64,000 nt of DNA, taken from contig JARRMM010000005.1 in the NCBI GenBank assembly GCA_037386005.1, positions 21,045-85,044 on the forward strand, written 5' to 3'. The position numbers and the translations under genes are program-made. The DNA is from Deinococcales bacterium (GTDB lineage Bacteria > Deinococcota > Deinococci > Deinococcales > Trueperaceae). The notes under the pieces are model-generated. The model was not told the DNA's origin and did no database searches. It saw nothing but the letters and a program-made list of their open reading frames with translations. The number at the start of each line of letters is the position of its first letter. The first letter of the stretch is position 1. Shown one piece after another: positions 1 to 9,754 of this stretch.

Positions 1-1329
1 CCGCCAGGAAGAACGGCAGGTCGAGCAGCCCCAGCCCCATCAGCCAGCCGGCAGCAGCGGCGCCGACCGCGGACGGCATCCGGAAGGAGAGAGCGTTGAG
101 GCTGCCCGCCAGCCCACGTCGCTCGTCGCGTACCAGCGCCATGCTGAACGCCTGGCGGGTGCCGGCGGTGCCGCGGTTGAGGATCGACCGGAAGGCGTAG
201 AGCGCTGCCGCCCAGGCGTAGGCGGGCATCAGGGGCATGGCCAGGAGCGTGAAGACACCGACGGTGCGCGGCCCCACGATCGAGCGCACGACGCCGACCC
301 GGGCGCCGACCTCGCCCGTGACCACCGAGGAGATGGCGGTGAGGAAGAAGGTCAGTGCGTAGACCGAGCCGATGGCTTCCGGCCCGACTCCGAAGCGCAC
401 CGCGAACCAGTAGGGCATGAGCGGTCCGATGAGACCGATGCCCAGCGCGTTCACCGAGTTCACGGTGGACAGGAGCGTCAGCGCGACGTTCTCGCGTCGC
501 CGTAGGGCGGCTGCCTCGCCGGCCCCGCTGAAAGCGGGCGCGGCACGCGGGGGCGGGGTGGTGGCGGTCGCCGCGGGAGCGGGGCCAGCGGGGAGAGGGC
601 CAGCGGCGCGGCGGCCGGCGGCCGGCACCTCCGCGGGTTCCGACGGCACGGCCGTCGGCGCTGCCGAGCCGCGGGCCGCGGCACGTCCGCCCGACCTGCG
701 CCCCGCCGGGGCGCCTCCTGCAGCCGGCCGATCATCCAGGTGGTCACGAGCGCCGCCACCAGGTTGAGCACGAACAGCGGCTCATAGGCGGTGGGTCCGG
801 GAAGGAACCGAGCGAACAGCGGCACCGCCGAGCCGATCAACGTGCCGAGGCCCATACCGAAGAAGCCCAGCGCCGCGTTGAGGCTGAACGCCTGGCTCCG
901 GCCCGTGGGCCTCACGCTTGCGGCCAGCCACGCCTGCTCGACCGGAGCGAACGGTCCGGCGGCGCCGTTGGCGCCGCGCCCGTACCCCAGGAGCACGGCC
1001 GTCAGCACCAGCACCCAGGAGTGCGGGAAGACGACCACCGCCAGGGCACCGACCGCCGACGCGAGCTGGTAGCCCATCAGGAAGGGGCGCCGTCCGAAGC
1101 GGTCGCTGAGCACGCCGGCGGCGAGCAGCATCGCGGCCCCGACGAGGCCGGTGGCCCCCAAGAGCAGCCCGATCGGAGCGGCACCCCAGCCCAGCGCCTT
1201 GAGGTAGAGCACGAAGTCCACCACCAGCGCGCCCTGTGCCATGCTGCGCAGGAATCGCGCCGACATCAGGCCGCGGGCGACCGGGTCGAGGTTGCGCCAA
1301 CCGCGGGGGGTGTAGGGGGGAGCGCTCAC
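1..1329 (-). pseudogene. MFS transporter with reading frame broken in the central loop; 3' part runs off the window start
   Basis: ORF 478-1329 (GTG start) gives six TM helices (..GVLSDRFGRRPFLMGYQL..) then an R/P-rich tail and stop at 478. Hand translation of the minus strand from ~720 to base 1 in another frame gives ..FSGAGEAAALRRRENVALTLLSTVNSVNALGIGLIGPLMPYWFAVRFGVGPEAIG.., the second six-TM half. A net 1-nt insertion or 2-nt deletion is needed between ~480 and ~720. Confidence 0.6.
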
Positions 1330-1832
1330 TCAGCTCCGCCGGGCCACGGTTTCGGGCCCGCGCACGAGCGACGTCACGACGCCGAAGGCGGCGTCGAGCG
1401 TGGCCATGAACACGCCGATGCCGACGATGGCCAGGGTCCCCCATCTGCCGGTCGGGTGCGCGGCCGCGGCGGCTGCCGTGGTTGCGGGAGCCGCCTGCGA
1501 CGCCTGCGTGCCCCCGACGGGTCCGTGCTCAGGGTCGGAGACCCGATGCTGGTTGTCCGAAGGGGGGTGCGCCACATCGCCTCTCTGCCGGGTCCCCCGG
1601 CGCCCGCAGCCGATGCTACCCCTTCCACCTGGAACCAACAAGCGCTGCACGCGACGCTCGCCGGGCGGGCCGACGGTGCGAGCGCCGACGTCGGCCACCC
1701 CCCGTCCGTACGGCGTGCGGCGCGTGATGGGCGACACAGCGCCCGGCCAGGAAGGTCGGGGACGGAGCTCAACCGTCGCTGTGCCGTCAGCGACATCCAC
1801 GTAGAGTGAGCGGAAGACCTCGGGAGGTCGCC

Positions 1833-2276
1833 ATGGTCAAGGAGTTCCGGGAGTTCATCAGCCGTGGGAACGTGCTGGATCTGGCGGTGGCCGTCATCAT
1901 CGGGGCCGCCTTCGGCGCCATCACGGCTTCGCTCGTGAACCAGGTGGTCATGCCGGTGATCGGCCTGTTGCTCGGCGGGGTCGACTTCAGCAACCTCGGC
2001 ATCATCCTGAAGAACGCCGACGCCTATGCGTCGGTGCACGACGCCGTCGCCGCGGGCGCTCCCGTCATCCAATACGGTGCGTTCCTCAACACCATCATCA
2101 ACTTCCTGATCATCGCCTTGGCGGTCTTCCTGATCGTACGGTGGTTCAACGCCATGAAGCGCCGTGCCGAGAAGCCCGCCGAGCCCGTGGTCCCGCCCCC
2201 GGTGCCCGCCGAAGAGCGGCTGCTCACCGAGATCCGCGATCTGCTTGCAGCGCAGCGCACGCCCAGCGCCGGCTGA
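1833..2276 (+). CDS. mscL: Large-conductance mechanosensitive channel MscL
   Basis: MVKEFREFISRGNVLDLAVAVIIGAAFGAI..VMPVIGLLLGG is the MscL N-terminal/TM1 signature. SD GGGAGG lies 5 nt upstream of ATG 1833; the ORF track starts at upstream GTG 1806. Confidence 0.93.
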   Translation: MVKEFREFISRGNVLDLAVAVIIGAAFGAITASLVNQVVMPVIGLLLGGVDFSNLGIILKNADAYASVHDAVAAGAPVIQYGAFLNTIINFLIIALAVFLIVRWFNAMKRRAEKPAEPVVPPPVPAEERLLTEIRDLLAAQRTPSAG

Positions 2277-2297
2277 GCAGGGAACCGGCTGGAACGG

Positions 2298-2993
2298 TCA
2301 GCCGTTCCGGTCGCCCTCGGCGACGAAGCCGGACGCGTCGAGGAAGGCCTCGAGCCCCACGCCGTAGGCGCGCAACGCCTCCAGGCTGGCGCGCAGATCG
2401 CCGGCGATCTCGAGGCTGTGATCAGCGCGGTCCACGACGACGGAGCGTCCGCCGGTAGCGTCCATCAACTCCTGCAACGCGGCGGCCTCGTACAGGGGGT
2501 CGGCCGTGCCGATGGCGAAGAACGATGGGGGCCGCCGCCTGAGCACGGCGCGGCGCAGTCCCTCGTTGCTGAGCAAGGGCGTCAGCCAGATGCAGGTCGG
2601 GTGGCGTTCGACGAAGGTCCCTTCGATCAGGTCGGCCAGCGCCAGGGTGCCGAGCGACTTGCCGACCAGCACGTGTCTTCGGTAGTTCCGTTCGCCCAGC
2701 GCGGCCCGGACGGCGCGCTCGGCATCCTGGCGCAGCCGCGAACGGCGTGCGGCGGGGTCAGCGCCGCTGAACGCCGGGTCGGTGTCGTAGGCCAGGTCCA
2801 GCCGGAGCACGTCGATGCCGCGCCACAACAAGCTGCGTTCGGCGAAGTGGAGCAGTGGCATCGTGGCCCGGTAGCCGAACCCCGGGAACAGCACGGCCAG
2901 CGTGTCGGTGTCGCCGTCACGGCGGAAGAAGGTGTGGGGTAGGCCTTCGCTGTCGCTCCTCGTCAGGTGGTCGAGCTGTCGGCGCTCGTGCAC
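2298..2993 (-). CDS. Alpha/beta hydrolase family protein
   Basis: ..LAVLFPGFGYRATMPLL.., nucleophile-elbow-like VLVGKSLGTLA, C-terminal DHSLE. GTG 2993 is preceded by GGGGAGGAG; the track ORF extends to 3107. Confidence 0.7.
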   Translation of the reverse strand: MHERRQLDHLTRSDSEGLPHTFFRRDGDTDTLAVLFPGFGYRATMPLLHFAERSLLWRGIDVLRLDLAYDTDPAFSGADPAARRSRLRQDAERAVRAALGERNYRRHVLVGKSLGTLALADLIEGTFVERHPTCIWLTPLLSNEGLRRAVLRRRPPSFFAIGTADPLYEAAALQELMDATGGRSVVVDRADHSLEIAGDLRASLEALRAYGVGLEAFLDASGFVAEGDRNG

Positions 2994-3256
2994 GGTGCTC
3001 CTCCCCGGTTCGCCCCCTACGGCGGGGACCTTTGCCTCATGCGCGTGCGGCCGTGGGGCCGCTACACTATATGCCCTGGGGGCGGGCGGCTCCCACCTTC
3101 CCACCAACGCGACGTCTCGCTCCCGTAGTTCCTTTCCGGGGGGTGCGGTCCTGGCGTGGCATCTCGCGGGGTGCCCGGGGGTCGTAAGCGAGAGGGGGGA
3201 TGCCTCGTCGATGCTCGTCCTTCGGACGCCTTCCGGATCGTTGCAAGGGGATCATC

Positions 3257-3736
3257 ATGAGACCGAGGCTTGGATGGCTGCTGCTGCTGGCGGCGTTGCT
3301 CGTTCCCTCCCTGGCCTGGGCGCAACCGTGCGAGGCCGAAGCGGACGTGAGCGCTGCCAAGGCCGCGATCGCGCAGGTGTGGGACCAGTACGAGACCGCC
3401 AGGAACGCCGGCGACCTCGCAACGTGGCTCGCGCTCTGGGATGAGAATGCGGTGCTGATGGAGCCGGGTCGGGAGGCCGTTGCAGGTATGGAGAGCCTCC
3501 GCACCGAAGTGAGCTGGGGCAGCGAGGATTCCAGGTTCGCCCTGCAGGCGCAGGAGACCGAGGTCTGCGGGCAGATCGCCTACTCGCGGGGGTCCTTCAC
3601 GGTGGACGTGCTGGATCAACGCGGAGGCGTCGTCGACCAGCAGGAGGGTACGTTCCTATCGGTACTGAGGCAGCAGGCGGACGGAAGCTGGAAGATCTAT
3701 CGCCACGCCGAGCACCTCAACCCGGCAGCTGACTGA
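3257..3736 (+). CDS. Secreted SnoaL-like/DUF4440 (NTF2-fold) protein
   Basis: Signal peptide MRPRLGWLLLLAALLVPSLAWAQ. Body ..AKAAIAQVWDQYETARNAGDLATWLALWDENAVLMEPG..ADGSWKIYRH is typical of DUF4440/SnoaL-like proteins. Confidence 0.75.
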   Translation: MRPRLGWLLLLAALLVPSLAWAQPCEAEADVSAAKAAIAQVWDQYETARNAGDLATWLALWDENAVLMEPGREAVAGMESLRTEVSWGSEDSRFALQAQETEVCGQIAYSRGSFTVDVLDQRGGVVDQQEGTFLSVLRQQADGSWKIYRHAEHLNPAAD

Positions 3737-3785
3737 GCGGTACCCGACGGACCCGTACCCGAAAGCGCGGTACCGCAACCGCCCA

Positions 3786-3815
3786 GCGCCGAGGGTGTCA
3801 ACGCACCCTCGGCGC
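3786..3815 (+). terminator. Stem-loop downstream of the SnoaL-like gene
   Basis: Perfect 12-bp stem GCGCCGAGGGTG / CACCCTCGGCGC with a 6-nt loop, followed by CCTCTGTCGT (weak U-tract). Confidence 0.5.
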
Positions 3816-3943
3816 CCTCTGTCGTAGGCACTGCTCCCGAAGGGATCGGGTGGTCGGTCGGCCAGGGCCCGCCGGCGACAGGAACATGAACGGGCCCGGC
3901 GGTGGAATGCGGCGCCTCACAGCCGAACGCGAAAAGGACGCTC

Positions 3944-4255
3944 ATGAGACCGATACGCATCGTTGCCCTCGGTGCCCTGCTCGTTACCGTGCTCACGTCC
4001 TGCGCGCCGGGGGTGACGTTGCTTCCGGAAGCGTTCAAGCCCGATCCTCAGCCGGTCACCGTCGCCGAAGCAGGTCAGGCCCTGGCGATCGCCCGGAAGT
4101 TCGTCGGTACGAACCACACCGTGATGCGCTTCCTGGACGCCAGCAGCTTCGAGGGCCAGGTCGGCATCCAGGAGTGGCCCGTCCACGGTGTCAAGCGCGG
4201 CCAATGGATCGTCGGTGCTGGCCGGCTGAAGGTCATCCGCGGCCCCAAGAACTGA
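3944..4255 (+). CDS. Small lipoprotein, unknown function
   Basis: MRPIRIVALGALLVTVLTSC has a lipobox-like LTSC. SD AAAGGA lies upstream of ATG 3944. Confidence 0.6.
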   Translation: MRPIRIVALGALLVTVLTSCAPGVTLLPEAFKPDPQPVTVAEAGQALAIARKFVGTNHTVMRFLDASSFEGQVGIQEWPVHGVKRGQWIVGAGRLKVIRGPKN

Positions 4256-4268
4256 GAGCGCGCTCGGG

Positions 4269-5129
4269 TCAGCTGCTGCGGTACACCCTGCGGAAGTAGA
4301 ACACCACCAGCAGCATCGTCATGAACAGCAGCACGTAGGCAAGGGCCGAGGCCTGGGCCAGGTCCAGCCCGCGGAAGGCGGTGCGGTAGATGAAGTACGC
4401 GAGCAGGTCGGTCGAGGAGCCCGGACCGCCCTTGGTCAGGACGTAGATCAGGTCGTAGGTGCGCAGCTCGATGATGCTCTGCAGGATGAGGACGATCCCG
4501 ATCACCGGGCGGAGGATGGGGAGCGTCACCAGGAAGAAGCGCTGAAAGGCGGAGGCCCCGTCCACAGTGGCCGCCTCCAGCGGCTCCAACGGCATGCTCC
4601 GAAGGCCGGCGAGGAGCACCAGCGTCACCAGCGACACCTGTTGCCACACGTCGATCGTCCCGACGACGAACAGGGCGTACCTCGGGTTGCCCAGCCAGTC
4701 GATGCGGGGCAACCCGAGGCGCGTCATGGCGAAGTTGACGATCCCCAGTTCGGGGTGCAGGATCATCTTCCAGATCAGAGCGACGCCGACGGGCGAGATG
4801 AGCATGGGGATGCTCAGGACCGAGTAGTAGACCTCGCGTCCCGGCACGGGCTGGTGCAGCAGCACCGCGAACACCAGCCCCAGCACCAGGCTGAGGCCCA
4901 CGGTGAACGCCGTGTAGACCGCGGTCAACCAGATGGCGTTCACGAAGTACGGGTCCTGGAAGCCGCGGACGTAGTGCTGCAGGCCCACCCACGGCTCGAA
5001 GCGGGGGGCCAGGAAGGAGTAGCCGGAGAACGACACCACCAGCGCATACCCCAGCGGGAAGGCGATAATCCCCACCAGGACGAGGATGCCCGGTAGCGCG
5101 AACTGCCAGCCCGTCCGTCGGCGTCGCAT
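4269..5129 (-). CDS. Carbohydrate ABC transporter permease (MalF/UgpA-like)
   Basis: Six-TM binding-protein-dependent permease; ..GLRSMPLEPLEAATVDGASAFQRFFLVTLPILRPV.. is the EAA loop motif. Confidence 0.88.
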   Translation of the reverse strand: MRRRRTGWQFALPGILVLVGIIAFPLGYALVVSFSGYSFLAPRFEPWVGLQHYVRGFQDPYFVNAIWLTAVYTAFTVGLSLVLGLVFAVLLHQPVPGREVYYSVLSIPMLISPVGVALIWKMILHPELGIVNFAMTRLGLPRIDWLGNPRYALFVVGTIDVWQQVSLVTLVLLAGLRSMPLEPLEAATVDGASAFQRFFLVTLPILRPVIGIVLILQSIIELRTYDLIYVLTKGGPGSSTDLLAYFIYRTAFRGLDLAQASALAYVLLFMTMLLVVFYFRRVYRSS

Positions 5130-5140
5130 CCCTCACCTCG

Positions 5141-6465
5141 CTACGGCAGGTTGGCCCGCTGGAAGAGCTGTTGGAGCGCCCTGGCGGCGTCCTGCGTCGC
5201 CTGATCCGGGCTCTTGGTCCCGGCCGAGGCTTCGGAGATCTCGCGGCCCAGGTCCTCCTCCATCTGCGCCGTGTACTGGAACAGCGGCACGCTCTTGGCC
5301 GTCTCGACGATGGTCGCGACGTCCGCGTAGTACGGGTACTTGGCCAGCACCTCGGGGTCGTTGAAGGCGTCGGTCCGGGTGGGCGCGTGCCCCTGCAGGG
5401 CGCGGGCCTTCACGATCGCCGGCGACTCGACCCACTGGATGAACTGCCAGGCGGCGTCCTTGTGGGCGGAGTTGTGCGGGATGCCCCAGCCCCAGCCGCC
5501 CGCTACCCCGTGCCCGCCGGGCATCGGCGCCAGCGCGACCTTGCCGGCCACGTTGGGGCAGTCCTGCGCATTGTCGAGCTGCGGCAGCATCCACCAGTAA
5601 CTCACGAAGCTCCAGGCCTGGCCCTGGCACATGATGCGGTAGGTGTCGTCGAGGTTGAAGTTGAGGGCGCCGGTGGGTGCGGCCGTTTGGATGTTGCGCG
5701 CGTAGAGCTGCATGGCCTGACGGCCCTCGGGGCTGTCGAGGGTGACGTTCCAGTTGCCGTCGGTGAAGTCACCGCCCAGCCCGAAGAGGTAGTTCGCGAA
5801 CTCCAGGAAGTTGGGGTCGCCGCGTTGTCACCGCCCAGCCCGAAGAGGTAGTTCGCGAACTCCAGGAAGTTGGGGTCGCCGCGTTGCCCCTGCATGGCGA
5901 CGCCCGCCATGTCGCTGTGCTGCGCGATGAAGACGCTGGTGTCGACGTAGTCCTGGACGGTCGCGGGGAGCTGGAGTGGGCGACCGAACTGCTCCTGGTA
6001 GGCCTGCTGCAGGGCGGGGTCCTGCAGCACGTCGGTGCGGTAGATCAGCCCCATCGCGTAGTTGTACATGGGGATCATGTACAGCGTGTCCTGGTAGTAC
6101 CCGACCAGGGCGAGCATCGACGGTAGGTAGGGACTGAGGTCGAAGTTGGTGCGGTCGACGTACGGTTGCAGAGGCTCGAGCCACCCCGCCGCCGGGAACT
6201 CACCGGCCCAGAGGAAGTCGACCTGCAGGAAGTCGTAGGTATTGGTGGGCGACAGCATCTGGGTGACGAGCTTGTCGTGCATGGCGCTGTACTGCACGAT
6301 CTCGAACTCGACCTTGATGCCGGTCTGCTGTTCGAACTGCGGCAGCAGGTCGGCGATGATGTGCGTCTCGGGCACGTCCTCCATGAGGGCGCGGAGCGTC
6401 ACGTTCTGGGCGAACGCCGCGCTCAGGCCGAGCACGAGACAGGCGATCAGCCAACGGAAACGCAT
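5141..6465 (-). pseudogene. Sugar ABC substrate-binding protein disrupted by a 59-bp tandem duplication
   Basis: N-part (ORF 5602-6540, real start ATG 6465 after AGGAGGAGG; signal peptide MRFRWLIACLVLGLSAAFAQ) and C-part (ORF 5141-5713) are in different frames. Removing one repeat copy gives continuous ..FANYLFGLGGDFTDGNWNVTLDSPEGRQAMQLYARNIQ.. Confidence 0.85.
5768..5886. repeat. Perfect 2 x 59-bp direct tandem duplication inside the SBP gene
   Basis: TCACCGCCCAGCCCGAAGAGGTAGTTCGCGAACTCCAGGAAGTTGGGGTCGCCGCGTTG at 5769-5827 and again at 5828-5886, counted base by base. 59 is not a multiple of 3. Confidence 0.95.
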
Positions 6466-6544
6466 GGGGTACCTCCTCCTAGGGTCCCAGGGGTGGATGC
6501 GTCGGTTCCGTTCCGGATGTGGTTCGGCGAGTCGCACCACCTCC

Positions 6545-7405
6545 TCACTTCACGGCGCCGAAGGTGAGGCCCGCCACGAGATAGCGATCGACGACGCGAG
6601 CGAGCAGGATCACCGGGAGGATGGAGAGCACCACGCCGGCGGCGACCTTCGAGAAGAGCACGCCGCGCTGCGTGATCTGCGCGGCGAGCACGACCGGGAT
6701 GGTCTGGGTCTCCAGCCCGGAGAGCAGGAGCACGAACAGGAACTCGTTCCACGCCAAGATGAACCCCAGCACGCCCGCGGCGAACAGCCCGGGCGTGGCG
6801 ACGGGGACGATGACGCGGAAGAACGCCACCATCGGCGTGGCGCCGTCGACCAGGGCCGACTCCTCCAGCTCGCGCGGGATACCCTCGAAGAAGCCCATCA
6901 GCATCCAGCTCATGAAGGGGAGTCCGAAGGCCAGGTAGGCGATGACGATCCCGGGCAGGGTATTGACCAGTCCCCAGCTACTGAACAGCGAGAACAGCGG
7001 CAGCGCCAGCGCGATCGGCGGCAGCATCTGCGTGGCCAGCACGCCGAAGCGGAGGCCCTCTCCTCCGGTGCGATAGCGCGCCAGCGCGTAGCCGAGCAGC
7101 GCCCCGATGGGGAGCCCGACCAGCACGGTGGCGGACGCGACCGCGAGGCTGTTGATCATGGCCCGTCCGAAGGGGCCATGCAACAGCTCGGCGAAGTTCC
7201 GCAGCGTGACGGGCCCCCACCGCGGCGGTAGCACGTAGGCCAGATTCTCGGGGAGCAACGCCGTGCGCAGGATCCAGAGGAGCGGGAGCAGGAAGAAGAG
7301 CGAGACCAGGAGCAGCGCGGCATGGGTGAGCACGATGCGTCGCGCCTGGCGGCGCCGGCTCCGGCGCGAACGCTGCGTACGTGGGAGCGCCGTCATGTGG
7401 TGCAT
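6545..7405 (-). CDS. Carbohydrate ABC transporter permease (MalG/UgpE-like)
   Basis: MHHMTALPRTQRS..LLLVSLFFLLPLLWILRTAL.. with EAA loop GIPRELEESALVDGATPMVAFFRVIVP. The 443-aa track ORF carries a spurious N-terminal extension; ATG 7405 or 7396 after GGAGGAG. Confidence 0.85.
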   Translation of the reverse strand: MHHMTALPRTQRSRRSRRRQARRIVLTHAALLLVSLFFLLPLLWILRTALLPENLAYVLPPRWGPVTLRNFAELLHGPFGRAMINSLAVASATVLVGLPIGALLGYALARYRTGGEGLRFGVLATQMLPPIALALPLFSLFSSWGLVNTLPGIVIAYLAFGLPFMSWMLMGFFEGIPRELEESALVDGATPMVAFFRVIVPVATPGLFAAGVLGFILAWNEFLFVLLLSGLETQTIPVVLAAQITQRGVLFSKVAAGVVLSILPVILLARVVDRYLVAGLTFGAVK

Positions 7406-8220
7406 GCTCCTCCGTTGACCTCGATCACCTCGCCCGTCAGGAAGTCGGCGTCCTGGGAGGCCAGGAACGCGACCACCCTCGCCACGTCCGCGGGGAGCTC
7501 GAGACGCCCCAGCGGGGTCTGGGCCACGTACTCGCGCACGACCTCCCCGGGCTCGAGGCCGCGCAGGGTCGCTTCCCAACCGACCTCGCGCTCCTGCATG
7601 GCGGTCCGTACGTAGCCTGGGTTGACGGCGTTGACCGTGATGGCATCCCTGGCGAGCTCCTTGGCCGCGGCCTGGACGAGGCCCACGACGGCGAACTTGG
7701 AGGCGGAGTAGTGCACCAGCAGCGGGGCCGCGATGCGCGCCGCCATCGAGGCCGTGGCGATGATCTTGCCGCGGAGCGCGTGGCCCTCCCGTATCGGCTG
7801 CTCCACCATGTGCCGGGCGAAGGTCTGGAGCGTGAGGAAGGTGCCCCGCGCATTGACGGCGAAGGTGTGGTCCCACTCTTGATCGGTGAGGTCGAGGAAG
7901 CGGTTCATGGTCGACACGCCGGCGTTGGCCAGCAGCACGTCGACGCGTCCGTCAACGCTGACGACGCGCTGCGCGAGGGACTCCAGGCTGTCGCGCCGTG
8001 TCACGTCGACCCACGCGCTCCGGGTGTCGTCGCCCAGGGCGCGGGCGGCCTCCTCGGCGCCACGCTCGTCCAGATCGGCGACCCAGACGCGGGCCCCTCG
8101 GGCGGCAAGCTCGGTCGCGCTGGCACGGCCGATGCCGGTCGCGCCTCCGGTGACGACGGCGATCAGGTCTTGAAGGGGGGCCTCGTGGCGTCTCTCGTTT
8201 CCCGCAGCGGTATCGGACAT
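7393..8220 (-). CDS. SDR family oxidoreductase
   Basis: TGxxxGxG motif VVTGGATGIGRA and catalytic YSASK. Confidence 0.88.
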   Translation of the reverse strand: MSDTAAGNERRHEAPLQDLIAVVTGGATGIGRASATELAARGARVWVADLDERGAEEAARALGDDTRSAWVDVTRRDSLESLAQRVVSVDGRVDVLLANAGVSTMNRFLDLTDQEWDHTFAVNARGTFLTLQTFARHMVEQPIREGHALRGKIIATASMAARIAAPLLVHYSASKFAVVGLVQAAAKELARDAITVNAVNPGYVRTAMQEREVGWEATLRGLEPGEVVREYVAQTPLGRLELPADVARVVAFLASQDADFLTGEVIEVNGGACTT

Positions 8221-8239
8221 GGTCTGCGCTCTCCCTCCA

Positions 8240-9754
8240 TCACCGCGCCAACCGCGGGTACAGGTCCCGGAGTCGCGTGTAGGTGTCGCGATAGACGCCG
8301 TAGAGGCGGTCGTAGCGCGCGCTTGCCCGCTCGTCGGGAAGGAAGCGCCGGTCGAGGTGGACGTAGCGCTCGACGGCGGACCAGTCGTCCAACCTGCCGC
8401 TACCGATCCCGGCGGCGATCGCCGCGCCCAGGCTCGAGCCGGGATGGTGCGCCACCCGCTGCACCGGCATCTTCAGCACGTCTGCGGCGATCTGCAGCCA
8501 CAGGTCGCTCCGAGCGCCGCCGTCAGCGGCGAGCACTCGCCGGATCGGCAGGCCCAGCTCGGCCAGCACGTCGACGTGGTGCCGGAAGCCGTACGCCACG
8601 CTCTCCAGTGCCGCGCGGTAGAGGTGGTGGCGCGTGTGATGGAGGTCGAGCCCCAGCAGCGTGCCGCGCGCCGCCGGGTCGTGGAGCGGCGTCTTCTCAC
8701 CCAGGAAGTAGGGGAGCAGCACGAGGCCATCGGAGCCCGCATCGAGCCCAGCTGCGAGCTCGTCGAGGAGCTCGTAGGCGGACCGGCCTTCGCGCCGGGC
8801 ACGCTCGCTCTCCTCGGCGCAGAACTGCTGGAGGTACCACTTCACCAGGCTCCCGCTGGTGGCCATGCAGCCGTTGAGGTAGAACTTCCCGGGCACGAGG
8901 TGATGGTCGATGAACAGGCGGCGGTCGGTGACGAGCCCGTCGAGGCTCAGCAGGATGTCGCCGGCGCCGCCGAACTTGATCACCAGATCGCCGTCGGCGT
9001 AGGCCGTCGTGGCGAAGGCGGAGGCGACGTGGTCGGCCGCGCCCCCGACCACCGGCGTACCGCTGGCCAGTCCGGTGGCTTCCGCGGCAACGGGGTGGAC
9101 GACGCCGATGACGTCGTGGGCGTCGTGCACGTCGGGGAGCTGGTGGCGCACGAGGCCGGCGAGCTCGAGCAGCTCGTCGGAGAAGCGCCCCTGTCGGAGG
9201 TCGTACAGCCCCGATTCGAGGGCCCAGTTGCGCTCGACGCCGCGGACGCCGGTCAGGCGGAAGTTGATGTAGTCGTACGAGCCGAGCAGCGTCGACAGCC
9301 TGTCGAGCGTGTGGGGCTCGTGCTTGCGTAGCCAGCGCGCCTTCGGGGCGACCACCTGCTGGTTGATGCTTCCGCCGGTGAGCCGGAAGAAGCGGTCCTC
9401 GTCGTAGCCTTGCTTCAACTCCAGGATCTCGGTCCCGGTGCGGGCGTCGTTCTGCTGGATGCTGCGGCGCAGCGGCACGCCCTCACCGTCGAGCAGCACC
9501 ATGGCGGGGACCATGCCGCTGACGCCGACCGCGGCGACGTCGCCGCCCCGGGCGCCGGCGCGTTCCAGTAGCGCCCGCGTGACGGCGCAGCTGTTCTCCC
9601 ACCACTGCTCGGGGTCCTCCTCGGCCCACGTCGGTTCCTCGCTGTAGAGCGTCGCCTCGCGCTCCGCCTCGGCGACGATGCCGCCGTGGAGGTCCGTCAG
9701 CACGCCCTTGGTGAGGGTGGTTCCGATGTCGAGGCCCAGCAACAGCTCGCTCAT
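8240..9754 (-). CDS. FGGY-family carbohydrate kinase (xylulokinase-like)
   Basis: N-terminal LGLDIGTTLTKGVL ATPase motif, ~500 aa, typical FGGY N and C domains. Confidence 0.85.
   Translation of the reverse strand: MSELLLGLDIGTTLTKGVLTDLHGGIVAEAEREATLYSEEPTWAEEDPEQWWENSCAVTRALLERAGARGGDVAAVGVSGMVPAMVLLDGEGVPLRRSIQQNDARTGTEILELKQGYDEDRFFRLTGGSINQQVVAPKARWLRKHEPHTLDRLSTLLGSYDYINFRLTGVRGVERNWALESGLYDLRQGRFSDELLELAGLVRHQLPDVHDAHDVIGVVHPVAAEATGLASGTPVVGGAADHVASAFATTAYADGDLVIKFGGAGDILLSLDGLVTDRRLFIDHHLVPGKFYLNGCMATSGSLVKWYLQQFCAEESERARREGRSAYELLDELAAGLDAGSDGLVLLPYFLGEKTPLHDPAARGTLLGLDLHHTRHHLYRAALESVAYGFRHHVDVLAELGLPIRRVLAADGGARSDLWLQIAADVLKMPVQRVAHHPGSSLGAAIAAGIGSGRLDDWSAVERYVHLDRRFLPDERASARYDRLYGVYRDTYTRLRDLYPRLAR

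Noticed and set aside
613-626. A 7-bp tandem GGCCGGC GGCCGGC in the MFS loop, considered as the cause of the frameshift.
   Set aside because: Removing 7 nt does not bring the N-half and C-half frames together; a net +1 or -2 change is needed. This is probably just GC-rich low complexity.
1330-1560. The minus-strand ORF tail ..WGTLAIVGIGVFMATLDAAFGVVTSLV.. resembles TM1 of DHA2-type MFS transporters (FMATLD motif) directly upstream of the MFS gene. It could be a gene remnant.
   Set aside because: Only ~20 residues resemble the motif, there is no credible start or SD, and the rest of the ORF is low-complexity. This is too weak to call as a feature.
6545-7876. N-terminal extensions of track ORFs, for example 6545-7876, 19817-22405, 46292-48643, 14033-14560, 40484-41773 and 41586-42911.
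   Set aside because: The extensions overlap the upstream genes out of frame and look like R/P/G-rich noise. Internal starts have good Shine-Dalgarno sites and match the expected family N-termini.
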